A stretch of DNA of 34,500 nucleotides from a virus (lineage: Duplodnaviria > Caudoviricetes), in the IMG/VR virus record IMGVR_UViG_3300005517_000020, positions 1 to 34,500 of that record, one strand, 5' to 3'. Made by a program: the position numbers and the translations under genes. Shown here in pieces: positions 1-9,648 of this stretch. The notes under the pieces are model-generated. The model did no database searches. It saw only the letters and a program-made list of their open reading frames with translations, and was not told the DNA's origin. Positions within the stretch are counted from its first letter, which is position 1; every line of letters starts with the position of its first letter.

Positions 1-463
1 GTTCGTCTAAAAGATCCGCTATATAAGATGCTACATCCTCGATAGTATTCAACGTACCTCTATCTGAATAGAGGAAGAAGCCTTCGTAGTCTGTAATCTC
101 CCCAGTTGATTCGTTTATTACTTCTTCAAACTGTAGACCCATCTCCTTAGCGTGTTGCCAAGACCATTTCATTTCCGTGATAATTAATACCGGTAGAATT
201 CCTAGCTTTTGAGCAGATACTGCTGCTTCTAATAATGCTGTAGTCTTACCTGTATCACTATGACCTCTTAATAAGGTAATATGACCTGTAGGTATACCTG
301 GCATAGAAGTAATATCTTGGTAGGCTTTTGACAAAGGTATCCACCCTTGCTCTTTAAACTTTACCGAAGCATTAGCAAATCCTTTCTTCTTCTTGAAATT
401 ACCTAGATTAAATCCACTCTTTACTATAGCAGATGCTTTTTCTGCTGTTGCGCTTTTTGCCAT
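1..463 (-). CDS. recA: RecA/UvsX-like recombinase, 5' part (runs off the left edge of the window)
   Basis: Not in the ORF track. Manual translation from ATG at 463 gives MAKSATAEKASAIVKSGFNLGNF...PGIPTGHITLLRGHSDTGKTTALLEAAVSAQKLGILPVLIITEMKW. It has a RecA-type GIPxG segment and Walker A GxxxxGKT, and lies directly downstream of the SSB gene. Confidence 0.88.
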   Translation of the reverse strand, partial: MAKSATAEKASAIVKSGFNLGNFKKKKGFANASVKFKEQGWIPLSKAYQDITSMPGIPTGHITLLRGHSDTGKTTALLEAAVSAQKLGILPVLIITEMKWSWQHAKEMGLQFEEVINESTGEITDYEGFFLYSDRGTLNTIEDVASYIADLLDE

Positions 464-468
464 TTATT

Positions 469-1278
469 TTATTCGTTAAAAAGGTCATCAAATTTACTTA
501 CCGTGTCTTTAATTCCTGGAGTTGAAGTCTCTAAAGAGAAATCAGTTGCGTGACTACCTAAAGTCTGAGTTAAGGAATTAGATACTTCAGGAGCTGGTGC
601 TGAAGGAGTTTCGTCCTCTGCTGATCCTGGTGTTAAGTAATTTTGTAACTGCTTTTTAATGAACTCATAATCGTATTGAGTATGAATCTCAACAGGGTGT
701 GGTTGGTTCTTTAACCATAAATCAACTTGCGCTGCATTATCTGACAACGGAGTTTGTTTAGGTCTAATACGAACCGATGTGGTTGGGTACGGGTTACCTG
801 GAGCAACTTCTACTACTAGGTCCCATCCATTCATTACGTCTGTGTAATCTCCTACTTCTTCGTCTTGAGCTAATGCTAATAACGCTTTGTAGATTGTTAC
901 ACCAAATCCCCATAAACGAACACCTTTATCTTCTTCACCTTTTACAATAACTGGTGCGAAAATACGTGTCTTGGGGTTAAGTTTACCGGCTAATGTCCAG
1001 TTATCCTTATCTGAAGTCTTCTTTAATTCCTTAATAAACTCTTCAATAGGATCTTGTTTTCCAAAATTAGATAAAGCGGCCATAGGGTATTTACCAATTC
1101 CATAGTGAAACTTCACTTCCTTGAATGGAAGATTAGGATCGTACATGGAAGGTACAATACGAATAGTGCTTTTACCGTTTTCAGGTTTCCAGAAAGTAGC
1201 TGTATAGTCTACCTTCTCTCTTTCTTGTCCGCCGTTGTTTAACGCAGACAGCTTTGCTTTGATTGCATCTAGATTCAT
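469..1278 (-). CDS. Single-stranded DNA-binding protein, T4 gp32-like
   Basis: FWKPENGKSTIRIVP resembles the gp32 N-terminal core motif. It has a flexible P/A/S/T linker and an acidic-aromatic tail (KFDDLFNE), and is adjacent to RecA. Confidence 0.8.
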   Translation of the reverse strand: MNLDAIKAKLSALNNGGQEREKVDYTATFWKPENGKSTIRIVPSMYDPNLPFKEVKFHYGIGKYPMAALSNFGKQDPIEEFIKELKKTSDKDNWTLAGKLNPKTRIFAPVIVKGEEDKGVRLWGFGVTIYKALLALAQDEEVGDYTDVMNGWDLVVEVAPGNPYPTTSVRIRPKQTPLSDNAAQVDLWLKNQPHPVEIHTQYDYEFIKKQLQNYLTPGSAEDETPSAPAPEVSNSLTQTLGSHATDFSLETSTPGIKDTVSKFDDLFNE

Positions 1279-1306
1279 AATATAACTTTAATTGTTTATA
1301 ACTTAT

Positions 1307-1337
1307 TTAAGATACGAAATATATCTCAATTCTCCAA
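1307..1337 (-). promoter_or_regulatory. Bacteroidota sigma70-like promoter variant (TTG-N16-TTCG-TATCTTAA) upstream of ssb/recA
   Basis: One of four aligned copies. TTG lies 20 nt before TAnnTT, matching the -33/-7 spacing of Bacteroidota housekeeping promoters. Confidence 0.6.
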
Positions 1338-1784
1338 CTCTACGATCTTAAATAATTTGGTATTTACTCTTTTTAATTCCGGACCCTTCGTTAATAGAAT
1401 ACAGTTTTTGTAGTCCGTCCAGTTAATTTTAAAAGTAGTATCTAATACTCCGTTATTAAGTTCCTTAATTAGTGTATTGAGAGCGTTAATCGTATACAGG
1501 GTATTTGCTTCTTTCTTTCGATGTACTAAAATAGTATTATCAATAAAATTAGAAACATTACCAAAATCTACATTATAGGTGCAGATATACTCGTCTTGAC
1601 TTTTAGAATATAAAACGAATATTTTATTATAGATGATTCTATATTTTTGTACTATATTTTCTAATGTCGCCTCTAGTTCCTCTCCTGTAGAGAAGGTGCA
1701 AAACAGCTTATTACTCATATCCTCAGTTAAATATATTTGATCGATATCGTAATCGAATCGATGTTGAAACATAACATTTTCCAT
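1326..1784 (-). CDS. Hypothetical phage protein (true start may be a downstream Met)
   Basis: 152 aa ORF in the same orientation, filling the gap between the polA-like gene and ssb. No recognisable motif. Confidence 0.7.
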   Translation of the reverse strand: MENVMFQHRFDYDIDQIYLTEDMSNKLFCTFSTGEELEATLENIVQKYRIIYNKIFVLYSKSQDEYICTYNVDFGNVSNFIDNTILVHRKKEANTLYTINALNTLIKELNNGVLDTTFKINWTDYKNCILLTKGPELKRVNTKLFKIVELEN

Positions 1785-1792
1785 TGTGTAGA

Positions 1793-1800
1793 TATAAATA
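1793..1800 (-). promoter_or_regulatory. TATTTATA motif (putative phage late promoter)
   Basis: Exact copy of the motif found in the intergenic gaps upstream of the structural genes. Confidence 0.4.
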
Positions 1801-1810
1801 TTAAAAGGTT

Positions 1811-3133
1811 TTACAAAACCAGGTTTTCAGATGTTTTTATTTTAACTGGGTATTTTTTATTTTCACTTAGTATCAAAGCTAATTCATTTATTATATGTTC
1901 TCCATCTTCTTTAGCATAATCAAATAATATTGCGTCGTAAGTATAGAGAGCTATTTTTGTTTTCTTATTTCTAAGATACTTTAGCACTTCTTTTAAGATA
2001 AGAACATTTCTTGCAGTTTCCAACGATTGCATGATATAATTCATAAGTTTCTGCGGATGCATTTCCTTAAGGTGCTTATTAAAGGGTTTATTACTTATAG
2101 GAGTTCTTACTACCCCCTTAGAGAACTCATCCCATAACCGGTCTATGTACTTAGTTAATTTCACAAATATCTCTAAGTTCTTATATCCGTCTGGTATTCT
2201 TCCGTATATAGCCTGGAAGTTAATTTGTTTTGCTTGAGCGTATTCTTCTTCTGTTAGGCCTTCTTTGCCGAAATAATACTTACCCAAGGCCTTATGAGCT
2301 GATTCACCTTCTATTTTAAAGTCGATTTGTTCTGATAGTAGTCTTAAATGGTACCCGTCAAAGTCAAATTCAACAAAACAATCGTGTTGTGGTATAATAG
2401 CTTTTCTAAACTCTTCTCCTTTAGGTATAGCTGCGAAGTTTACACTATTAAAAGCGTTAGTAGGTCTTGATGTACTATTATAGAGGTTATAATACGTGTA
2501 TGTAATATTATCCTTTATATTATACTTAGGTGTATTTGGTTTAAATAAGTCTACAAAAGGTTGATATATTACTCGAAGTCCGTGTTGTTCTAGTAAGTAA
2601 AATACCTTAACAGCAACATCGTTGTAGAACTTAAAAGTATCTTCTTTAGGTTCTTCTATATACTTCTCTATTGCATCAAATACCCTTTCACTTTGTTCGT
2701 GTAATTTAGATAACGGTATTATTTGATTAATATTATCAAAGTCTTTAAACCTATTATAAAACCAGTTTATTGTTGATATTTTACTTGGGAGTTCTATTTT
2801 ATCGTAGTACCAAAAAGCTCTCCATAGGTTTATATCTACTGCATCTACAAGTGGGAAGTGGTAAAGCAGGTTTTTCTTATCTAGTACATAAATCCTTTTG
2901 TATGCTTTTAAGAGGTCAAAAGCTTCTTCCTTACTAACATTTAAACCTTCATCATGGTCTATAGGTATAATGTAGCCTCCTGAGTCATCTAGAGGTCTTA
3001 TGTAGATTGCTACGGTTGTTGTAAATTTAGGATGGAAGTAGTCATTAGATGAAATTACATCTACGTAGACATCAATATCCGGGTAACTACGGAGCCTATC
3101 AAGCTGCTGTTTATTTTCTACTATATAAAACAT
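1811..3133 (-). CDS. polA: Short family A DNA polymerase-like protein (degenerate exonuclease region, thumb apparently deleted)
   Basis: Motif A EFDFDGYHLRLL, motif B AKQINFQAIYG, motif C YTYDAILFD, and a TGRLSS-like STSRPTN...NFAAIPK. Only 440 aa. Confidence 0.82.
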   Translation of the reverse strand: MFYIVENKQQLDRLRSYPDIDVYVDVISSNDYFHPKFTTTVAIYIRPLDDSGGYIIPIDHDEGLNVSKEEAFDLLKAYKRIYVLDKKNLLYHFPLVDAVDINLWRAFWYYDKIELPSKISTINWFYNRFKDFDNINQIIPLSKLHEQSERVFDAIEKYIEEPKEDTFKFYNDVAVKVFYLLEQHGLRVIYQPFVDLFKPNTPKYNIKDNITYTYYNLYNSTSRPTNAFNSVNFAAIPKGEEFRKAIIPQHDCFVEFDFDGYHLRLLSEQIDFKIEGESAHKALGKYYFGKEGLTEEEYAQAKQINFQAIYGRIPDGYKNLEIFVKLTKYIDRLWDEFSKGVVRTPISNKPFNKHLKEMHPQKLMNYIMQSLETARNVLILKEVLKYLRNKKTKIALYTYDAILFDYAKEDGEHIINELALILSENKKYPVKIKTSENLVL

Positions 3134-3150
3134 TTCTTATAACCTTTTAC

Positions 3151-3181
3151 TTAATATACGAACTAATCTGTTAAGATCAAA
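3151..3181 (-). promoter_or_regulatory. Bacteroidota-like promoter variant (TTTG-N15-TTCG-TATATTAA) upstream of polA
   Basis: Aligned with the copies at 1307, 7603 and 32046; lies in an intergenic gap. Confidence 0.6.
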
Positions 3182-3182
3182 C

Positions 3183-4337
3183 TTAACATTGCTTAATGTC
3201 GTAAAGTTTTCCTTCCCTATCAATCTTTGCAGTATAGTCACCGTATCCTTCTACGCGAATAGTATAGTAAAGTTCGTAAGATTCTGGTGATTGTATCTTT
3301 GGATTTAGGTTTGGTATTCTTCTAATCGGGAAGTATTTGTTTCCCTTAACAGCGTTTTTAGTTCTATAGTAGTAAATGTCTTTCTTAGGGTTTCCTTCAT
3401 CATCTACTAAAGGTCCTTCCTGGTTATAAATCTTCATACTAACCGGTGTAAATGATCCGCATGATCTTTCTGCACTAGGGTTACCTACTTGTGCTTGATA
3501 CCATGTTAACGATTTAGCATACGCTGATGTAGTTTCAGCGCTTTGAGTTCCTTCGGTTGCTGCAGCTTCTCCTGCGTTTGCTTCTGATTGAGGCAATTCA
3601 GGAAGAGCTGGTAGTTGCTCTTCTTCTATTACTTTTTTACTAGTTGCGCTAACTATGGTAAGTCCTTGAGTTTCTAAGGTAGTTACTTCGTTCTTTTCTT
3701 TCTTTATTTGCTTAAATTTAGAAGCTTCTTCGACTACAAATTGCTTTAGATCAGAAAGAAATTCAGTCATACCAGGTATTGCCTCTTCTGCTTGTGAAAC
3801 AACGTCTCTGTTCCTAGCTATTGCTCCAGGGTAACTATACCCATTAACTATTTCATCCTCGGAGGGTCCTAGGAGGTTCCACTCTATCTTAGTTCTCCTG
3901 TAGTATCCTTTATCGGCAATACTCTTATATGTTTCAGATGTTATTTCCTTTATTTCACTATTTCTTACATCCTGCAAAAAGTATCTTCTAAAAGATCCTT
4001 GTATGTAATCTTCTTCTGTTGGTTTAGGGTAGTAGAAGGCTTCCGAAGATTTGTTCTTAAGGCCTGGAGCTACCATATTATATGCAGGATTTGATCCTAT
4101 ATTTTCAATAAGAAGTGTAGCTTTAGCAAAGTTACCTTTCAGTAAATCATCTAAAGCTAATTTATACTTACTTCCCCACGAAGTTGCAACACCTACTAAA
4201 TCCTCTACCGGTTGATTTAAAATATCGGTATACTTAGCATACTCATTAGATGCTTCTCCAGTAGATTGTCCAAGTGCTTCAATAACGTATTGAGAACCTG
4301 GTACGTAGCTTAGTATGTCACTTTTAATATCTGCCAT
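3183..4337 (-). CDS. Hypothetical protein, probably baseplate/virion-associated
   Basis: 384 aa, starting 1 nt after the hub gene stop. Central FYYPKPTEEDYIQGSFRRYFLQ segment, then an E/A/T-rich linker and a separate C-terminal domain. Function inferred from position only. Confidence 0.55.
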   Translation of the reverse strand: MADIKSDILSYVPGSQYVIEALGQSTGEASNEYAKYTDILNQPVEDLVGVATSWGSKYKLALDDLLKGNFAKATLLIENIGSNPAYNMVAPGLKNKSSEAFYYPKPTEEDYIQGSFRRYFLQDVRNSEIKEITSETYKSIADKGYYRRTKIEWNLLGPSEDEIVNGYSYPGAIARNRDVVSQAEEAIPGMTEFLSDLKQFVVEEASKFKQIKKEKNEVTTLETQGLTIVSATSKKVIEEEQLPALPELPQSEANAGEAAATEGTQSAETTSAYAKSLTWYQAQVGNPSAERSCGSFTPVSMKIYNQEGPLVDDEGNPKKDIYYYRTKNAVKGNKYFPIRRIPNLNPKIQSPESYELYYTIRVEGYGDYTAKIDREGKLYDIKQC

Positions 4338-4338
4338 T

Positions 4339-7296
4339 CTATAATTTTATCTCTTTACTATTAAGGAGTACATAGGAAAACTTATTAGATTTTGTTGCTT
4401 TCTCACTCTTACCTACTAGTTCCATTAACCTGTTGTGTTGTTTCTGATTTGCAAATACCTGACAGCCTGCTGACCAGTTATCAACCGTTTTGTTTGCGGC
4501 AGTTGATGCTCCTGAGTTATGTAGTTGCATGCCTCCTCCATCTTGGAATAGACCTGCCATATTAGCCCCTAATTTCTTTTCTGGTGTTATTGCTAAAGTA
4601 AGCCAGTTATCACTATAATTCTTATCTCTGTGTGCAGATTGTCCTGAAACTGATCTTAAAGCGCTATGCGGTACTTTACTACCTCCATGGTGCATACCTC
4701 TTGTATACTGGTTTATAAATTGCTTCTCTTTCATAATACCAACTCCATTTGGATTTTTACCTGTTGATGTAGCAAATTTACTATTTGTAGATAAAGACCA
4801 GCTTGCTCCTGGTACTGTAGTTGCTGGGTAGCTTTCTGCAAACTGTTTTCCGCCTTCTATCCATGCTACAATCACAACATCGGTAAACCTGTTGGTTAAT
4901 GGGTGCTTTACACCTCCTGCTCCATCACTAACCTGTCCTGCTGTGTTTCTAACACCAACAATATTTAATTGCAACTCTCCGCTATACCAGATATATTTCT
5001 TTTTCTCAACAGCTGCTTTTACTGCATTATAAGAAACGTTTGTTCCTAAAGCAGTTTGGTTCTGTAACTTATCTGTAGCATTTGGATCTACTGGTGTTCC
5101 ATCGTCTTTTGGTACCGGTGGTGGTAGAGGTTGAACTGTTCCTGCTGTTGCAGCAAATTTAGATAGTGCAGCGGTATCGATTTTTGGTGCTTTTGCTAAG
5201 TTGTACATTAAAGCTCCTACTTCAGTTTTCCAACCACTATCTCCTATACTATGGTCATTTCTGGTAATAATAAAACCTATCGATTCATTAGAATAAGATC
5301 TAGGTAGTATTTTCATTGAATTTGCAGAAAGTTTAAATACTTCACCTATTCTAAATCCTGCAATACCGTGTAAGGTAAAAGATAGTTCTACAGGTATTGT
5401 TCCAGGAGAAGGCATATTCTCTTGACTACATATCATAGGAACTAACCGTGATTGGTATTGCTGATGACCTGATTGTATACCTTTAAATAAATCTGGGTCG
5501 TATTGTTGGTCTGTAAAAAGACCTGTACCGTTAAATTTATCAAATGCTTCCTTACATCTATCATTCCATTCTGCTTTTGTTTCTGCGTCTTTAGCAGCAG
5601 TATCATCTCCTTTCTTTACTTCAGATGCGTTTTCACTTTTTCTTGGAAATATTCTATCAGTATGTCCTCTATTCCATTGTAACATTTCTGCTACGTTTTG
5701 CTTAGTTCCTGTTCCAGATGCCTGAGCGGCAATAGAAACTTGACTTGCTAACTTATTTGTAATTTTAGATTCAGTTTTAATATCGTAGGCAAAAGAACCT
5801 AACCCTATTAAGTCTATTTCTTTAACAGCGTTTAATGCTTCTCCTTGAATTTTGCATTTTCTATCTACAATAGCCCACTCGTCTGTATCTTCGTCGTAGT
5901 TTACATCGAATTCATTAACTCCACCTAGTGCTTCTCCTACCCCACCTAGTATCGTCTTTAGTACATCGAGAACACCTGGTTCGTTTTCTTTTACCTGGTC
6001 ATCATCGTAAATTGCATCTAATTTTTCGTAAAGGTATAAATTAGAAACACATATATTTAGTATATCATCTTGTGCAGCAGCGGCGGCTGTTATTCCTGGG
6101 TGAAGGGATTTACCTGCTGGTTTTGATTCAAAAAAAAGATTTTCTTTATTTAGGTTAGGAGTTACGCAAACAAATGGGTTAATACTATGATGCCATTGGT
6201 GTGTAAAAAATCCATTATAACCATTTTTGCCGGGTTGTGTTTTAAATTTTACAGCTCTTTGATCGTTACCTACCCACATCATTGATGTATTAAGAATAGC
6301 TAAGACTGTTCTTAGTGAAATGTAAATAAAGGTAGTTGTATCATCAAAGAAACTTGTAGGTGATTTTATATCAAATCCAGGTGCAGCGGCTATATATAAA
6401 TCTTCAGCCTTTAGTAACGATCCTAATCCGGTTGCTTTTCCTGCTGTTAATGTATCTATAACGGCTTGCCCCTTTTTCTCACCGTCTGCTTGAGCTAACT
6501 CTAAACGTTTACAAAAAAAGTGTAGTAAACTTTTTCTTTCAGATTTATCATTAAAACCTGCAGCTAGGTTAGCTGCGCTTTTTTCAACCATATGAGGGTC
6601 AAAGGATGTTTTAATAGACTCAATTACTTCACCTTTTGATATTAACATTAGGTTAATATCATATGTACCGTCCGCGTTAAAAGTCCAGTTAAAGTTCTTA
6701 CATATTGCAACTATAGCATCGTAATTATAAAAAGTTTTTGTCCTACCTTCTCTTATTTCTGCCATAATATCCTCGTACTTCCCTCCAGCTAAAAATTTAT
6801 TAGCAGCTGCTCTATGTTGCATTGTCTTCTGAGTTCCGCCGTCCTCTATGTATAAAGAGTGTCCCCATTCTAAAAGAAAACTAAATCCTGGGCGACAATA
6901 TAAGTTATAGACTACATCTAAATCCCCTACGTTGTAAGCTTTAATTGTAATCTCTACATCTCTCAAAGCTCCAAACGTTCCTTTCGTTTTTACTTTTGCA
7001 TCTACAATACCGGGACGTGGAGTAAATAATCTTTCATCATCCCCGGCGGCTGTAAGTTTATACCCTACCGGGTCTCCTGTTATCCTATCATTTTGGAAAG
7101 CTATTCCTCCTTCTAATTTAAAATCTTGTGCAGAATAATCAGACCCGTCTACACTTGAGTATAGGTTTATGAAAGCACTGTTACCGTGTATTGAGGAAAG
7201 CATACTCGTATAGTCTTTCGCTTTTAGAGCGGTTGATCTCGCGGTTAGTTGTGTCGATACACCTGGCTGTAAACTGCCTCCTAAAAACTTTGCCAT
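4339..7296 (-). CDS. Baseplate hub/central tail protein with a C-terminal putative peptidoglycan-active (YkuD L,D-transpeptidase-like) domain
   Basis: 985 aa. Hub-like segments (YCRPGFSFLLEWGHS, ELSFTLHGIAGFRIGEVF), a proline-rich linker (QPLPPPVPK), and a C-terminal domain with H-x15-SAGC. Follows a LysM/gp53-like gene. Confidence 0.65.
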   Translation of the reverse strand: MAKFLGGSLQPGVSTQLTARSTALKAKDYTSMLSSIHGNSAFINLYSSVDGSDYSAQDFKLEGGIAFQNDRITGDPVGYKLTAAGDDERLFTPRPGIVDAKVKTKGTFGALRDVEITIKAYNVGDLDVVYNLYCRPGFSFLLEWGHSLYIEDGGTQKTMQHRAAANKFLAGGKYEDIMAEIREGRTKTFYNYDAIVAICKNFNWTFNADGTYDINLMLISKGEVIESIKTSFDPHMVEKSAANLAAGFNDKSERKSLLHFFCKRLELAQADGEKKGQAVIDTLTAGKATGLGSLLKAEDLYIAAAPGFDIKSPTSFFDDTTTFIYISLRTVLAILNTSMMWVGNDQRAVKFKTQPGKNGYNGFFTHQWHHSINPFVCVTPNLNKENLFFESKPAGKSLHPGITAAAAAQDDILNICVSNLYLYEKLDAIYDDDQVKENEPGVLDVLKTILGGVGEALGGVNEFDVNYDEDTDEWAIVDRKCKIQGEALNAVKEIDLIGLGSFAYDIKTESKITNKLASQVSIAAQASGTGTKQNVAEMLQWNRGHTDRIFPRKSENASEVKKGDDTAAKDAETKAEWNDRCKEAFDKFNGTGLFTDQQYDPDLFKGIQSGHQQYQSRLVPMICSQENMPSPGTIPVELSFTLHGIAGFRIGEVFKLSANSMKILPRSYSNESIGFIITRNDHSIGDSGWKTEVGALMYNLAKAPKIDTAALSKFAATAGTVQPLPPPVPKDDGTPVDPNATDKLQNQTALGTNVSYNAVKAAVEKKKYIWYSGELQLNIVGVRNTAGQVSDGAGGVKHPLTNRFTDVVIVAWIEGGKQFAESYPATTVPGASWSLSTNSKFATSTGKNPNGVGIMKEKQFINQYTRGMHHGGSKVPHSALRSVSGQSAHRDKNYSDNWLTLAITPEKKLGANMAGLFQDGGGMQLHNSGASTAANKTVDNWSAGCQVFANQKQHNRLMELVGKSEKATKSNKFSYVLLNSKEIKL

Positions 7297-7598
7297 TATC
7301 GTTCTCTATTTACCTTTTCAAAGGATAGTAGTACAGCGTCTCTATCATGAGGAATTCTAAGCTGTACTCCTGGTGTCGGTATTAAGTTAAACCTGCTATG
7401 TGTATTTGCACTTGCTATAATCCACCATAAGGATGCATCTTTGTAATATTGTAAGGCTAGAGTATCGTAACGATCTCCACCTGTGGTTATAACATAGAAA
7501 TCATCTTCATGTTCCGGAATATCAGGATAGATAGGGTTACGTTTGTATCGCATTCCTTCTGCCGTTCTATATTCTTTTATAAATTGATATCTATTCAT
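7296..7598 (-). CDS. LysM-like baseplate wedge protein (gp53/P2 gpX-like)
   Basis: YVITTGGDRYDTLALQYYKDASLWWIIASAN...PGVQLRIP is the typical LysM/tail-X pattern. 1-nt TAATG overlap with the hub gene. Confidence 0.85.
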   Translation of the reverse strand: MNRYQFIKEYRTAEGMRYKRNPIYPDIPEHEDDFYVITTGGDRYDTLALQYYKDASLWWIIASANTHSRFNLIPTPGVQLRIPHDRDAVLLSFEKVNRER

Positions 7599-7602
7599 TA
7601 TC

Positions 7603-7634
7603 TTAATTTACGAAATTTATCGCTTAAATCCAAA
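7603..7634 (-). promoter_or_regulatory. Bacteroidota-like promoter variant (TTTG-N16-TTCG-TAAATTAA), possibly giving a leaderless mRNA
   Basis: Aligned with three other copies. Only 4 nt separate the octamer from the ATG at 7598. Confidence 0.5.
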
Positions 7635-9416
7635 GTATTCTTTACCTGTTTGCGCTACTTGTGGAGTAAATGTATGTATTACTGTCATATCTAGAGCAAC
7701 ATTCAGTACGTGAGGTATTTCTGATTTTCCTTCTAGGTCTGCATCTATTTCCCATGGCGTACCAAGATCCCAAGTTATTCCTACACTATTAAAAAGTACC
7801 GGCTGGTTATGAAAATACGTTCCTATGTCTAATATAACATAAGTCCCTCTCATAAAAATAGCTCCTGAACCGTATGTTGGTGCTGTAGCTGAGGCTAGTT
7901 TATTAAGTCTTTCGTAATATCTTACTAGTTCTTCATAATTTGAACCTGCTACTTTAAATCCTAGTGATGCTTTTCTATCAAAGCCTCCGTAGTTGTAAAA
8001 AGATTCACCTCGTCCTACAAACCTTTGTGCATTCCATGTAGCACTATATGTATCTGATAAACTATCTAAAAATGCCCAAAAATGTAATGTTTCTTTAGCT
8101 TCTGGTGTTACAATAGTAAAAGTAAAAGGTATCATTTCCTCATTCCTTTCTATATTTGTACCAGCTACTTCTTTTTCTTTACGTACACTATCTTTAGCAG
8201 CAATACTTTTTGTTGAATAGCTACCTGCTCCTCCTGTTCCTTTTTGTTTAAAATCTCTTAATACTGCGTTATCACCTACGTTCTTTTGATACTTGCCTTC
8301 ATCAGCAAAATTTAAAGTAGAAGGCGCTTTACCGGGTGCTTTATCTCCCTGTACTACTTCTCCGCTTGTCTGTATATAAGGTTCTAACTTATTCTCTTTT
8401 GGGGTAACAGCAATCTTAGGTGTCTTATTTCCTACTTCCCCCTCTTGTGGGTTTAGTTTATTTGTAGATTTCTGGAATGGGTCTTTATTATCTCTTCTTT
8501 GAGCGGCAGTAACATCGTAGGTATCCTGATTACTAAATTCAAAACTTCCTCTACCTGTTCTACCAACTTCCTTTGCATCAGCTAACGGTGTTAACCTCTC
8601 TCTTGCAGCTTCTGGGGATTCACTATCAAGTCTTGTTGGTATACCGGCTGATTGTGCGCCTGTACCTGCTAAACCCTTTATTAATACCCTACCATCCTGT
8701 TTTACATAGGTAGTATCAGTGTCTTTTTTAAACTCTTGATCAGTCCTATCTAAACCTTGATTTGGTGCTATATACCCATCTACACCAGTATTATCTATTA
8801 TTACTTTTCCGTTCTCTCTTGCAAGTAGTCCACCATCTTTTTTAATATAGCTTTGTGCAATATCAATAGGTCGGGCATCCTTAAACTCAATCTCATCAGT
8901 AAACTGAGTATCTATCATAGGTCTGTAACCCTCTTCACCTCTATGGTCAAGGATTACATTCTTACCGTTTAAGACACTTTTTGCTCCATTTACTCCTCCG
9001 GTACCTGCTGTAGTCTTTAAAAACCTATCTAACCATGTACTTCTTTGTCCACCTTGCTTTAAGTATTCATTTCCTCCAAAGCCAATAACAAAGTGGGTAC
9101 CCGTTCCATTAACAGGTACTTGTGCTAAAGTACTCCCGATGACTTTTGCGGTATTGCCTAACGTATTGAGTAACTTTCTCCCAAAGCCTTTCTTTTCATT
9201 GAAAGCAAAGTTTAACTCTGCTTGATGTAAAGTCCACTTTAATCCAGGAGTATCTACAAGTAGTTTACTTATTCGTCTAAGATCATCTACTCGTGCAGTT
9301 ACTTCATTACCTAGTACATTATACCGAGGTGGATTATTTATATCTTTTTCGATATAAGGTCCTGCATCTCCGTACTTTAAGCTCTTAAGATTGGTCTGAA
9401 GAGGTAGTAAAGGCAT
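7617..9416 (-). CDS. Baseplate/tail-tube-initiator-like structural protein
   Basis: The C-terminal ~170 aa (FWAFLDSLSDTYSATWNAQRFVGRGESFYNYGGFDRKASLGFKV...) resemble tube-fold baseplate proteins. Located between tape measure and LysM genes, with a low-complexity K/G/T middle region. Confidence 0.6.
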   Translation of the reverse strand: MPLLPLQTNLKSLKYGDAGPYIEKDINNPPRYNVLGNEVTARVDDLRRISKLLVDTPGLKWTLHQAELNFAFNEKKGFGRKLLNTLGNTAKVIGSTLAQVPVNGTGTHFVIGFGGNEYLKQGGQRSTWLDRFLKTTAGTGGVNGAKSVLNGKNVILDHRGEEGYRPMIDTQFTDEIEFKDARPIDIAQSYIKKDGGLLARENGKVIIDNTGVDGYIAPNQGLDRTDQEFKKDTDTTYVKQDGRVLIKGLAGTGAQSAGIPTRLDSESPEAARERLTPLADAKEVGRTGRGSFEFSNQDTYDVTAAQRRDNKDPFQKSTNKLNPQEGEVGNKTPKIAVTPKENKLEPYIQTSGEVVQGDKAPGKAPSTLNFADEGKYQKNVGDNAVLRDFKQKGTGGAGSYSTKSIAAKDSVRKEKEVAGTNIERNEEMIPFTFTIVTPEAKETLHFWAFLDSLSDTYSATWNAQRFVGRGESFYNYGGFDRKASLGFKVAGSNYEELVRYYERLNKLASATAPTYGSGAIFMRGTYVILDIGTYFHNQPVLFNSVGITWDLGTPWEIDADLEGKSEIPHVLNVALDMTVIHTFTPQVAQTGKEYFGFKR

Positions 9417-9418
9417 GC

Positions 9419-9625
9419 TTAAACTGGAGGATTATCTAAATACTTAGAAGGTGTAGCACCGTTTAGGTCTAAACCTGATGTCGCTTTAGTAAACTCTGGT
9501 ACGTTGTTAATAGAAGAGGTCTTATGTTGAGTAGATTTTCCTGTAGCACCTACTGGTACTTTTGGAGTCTTACCCTTCAATCCTAATCTAGAATTTGGAG
9601 TTTGATTGTCTAAAATTCCTTTCAT
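9419..9625 (-). CDS. Small basic hypothetical virion protein
   Basis: 68 aa with an A-rich leader and its own TATTTATA motif. Stop lies 2 nt before the next ATG. Confidence 0.65.
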   Translation of the reverse strand: MKGILDNQTPNSRLGLKGKTPKVPVGATGKSTQHKTSSINNVPEFTKATSGLDLNGATPSKYLDNPPV

Positions 9626-9648
9626 TGTTTTTAATTTATTAGTTCGTT

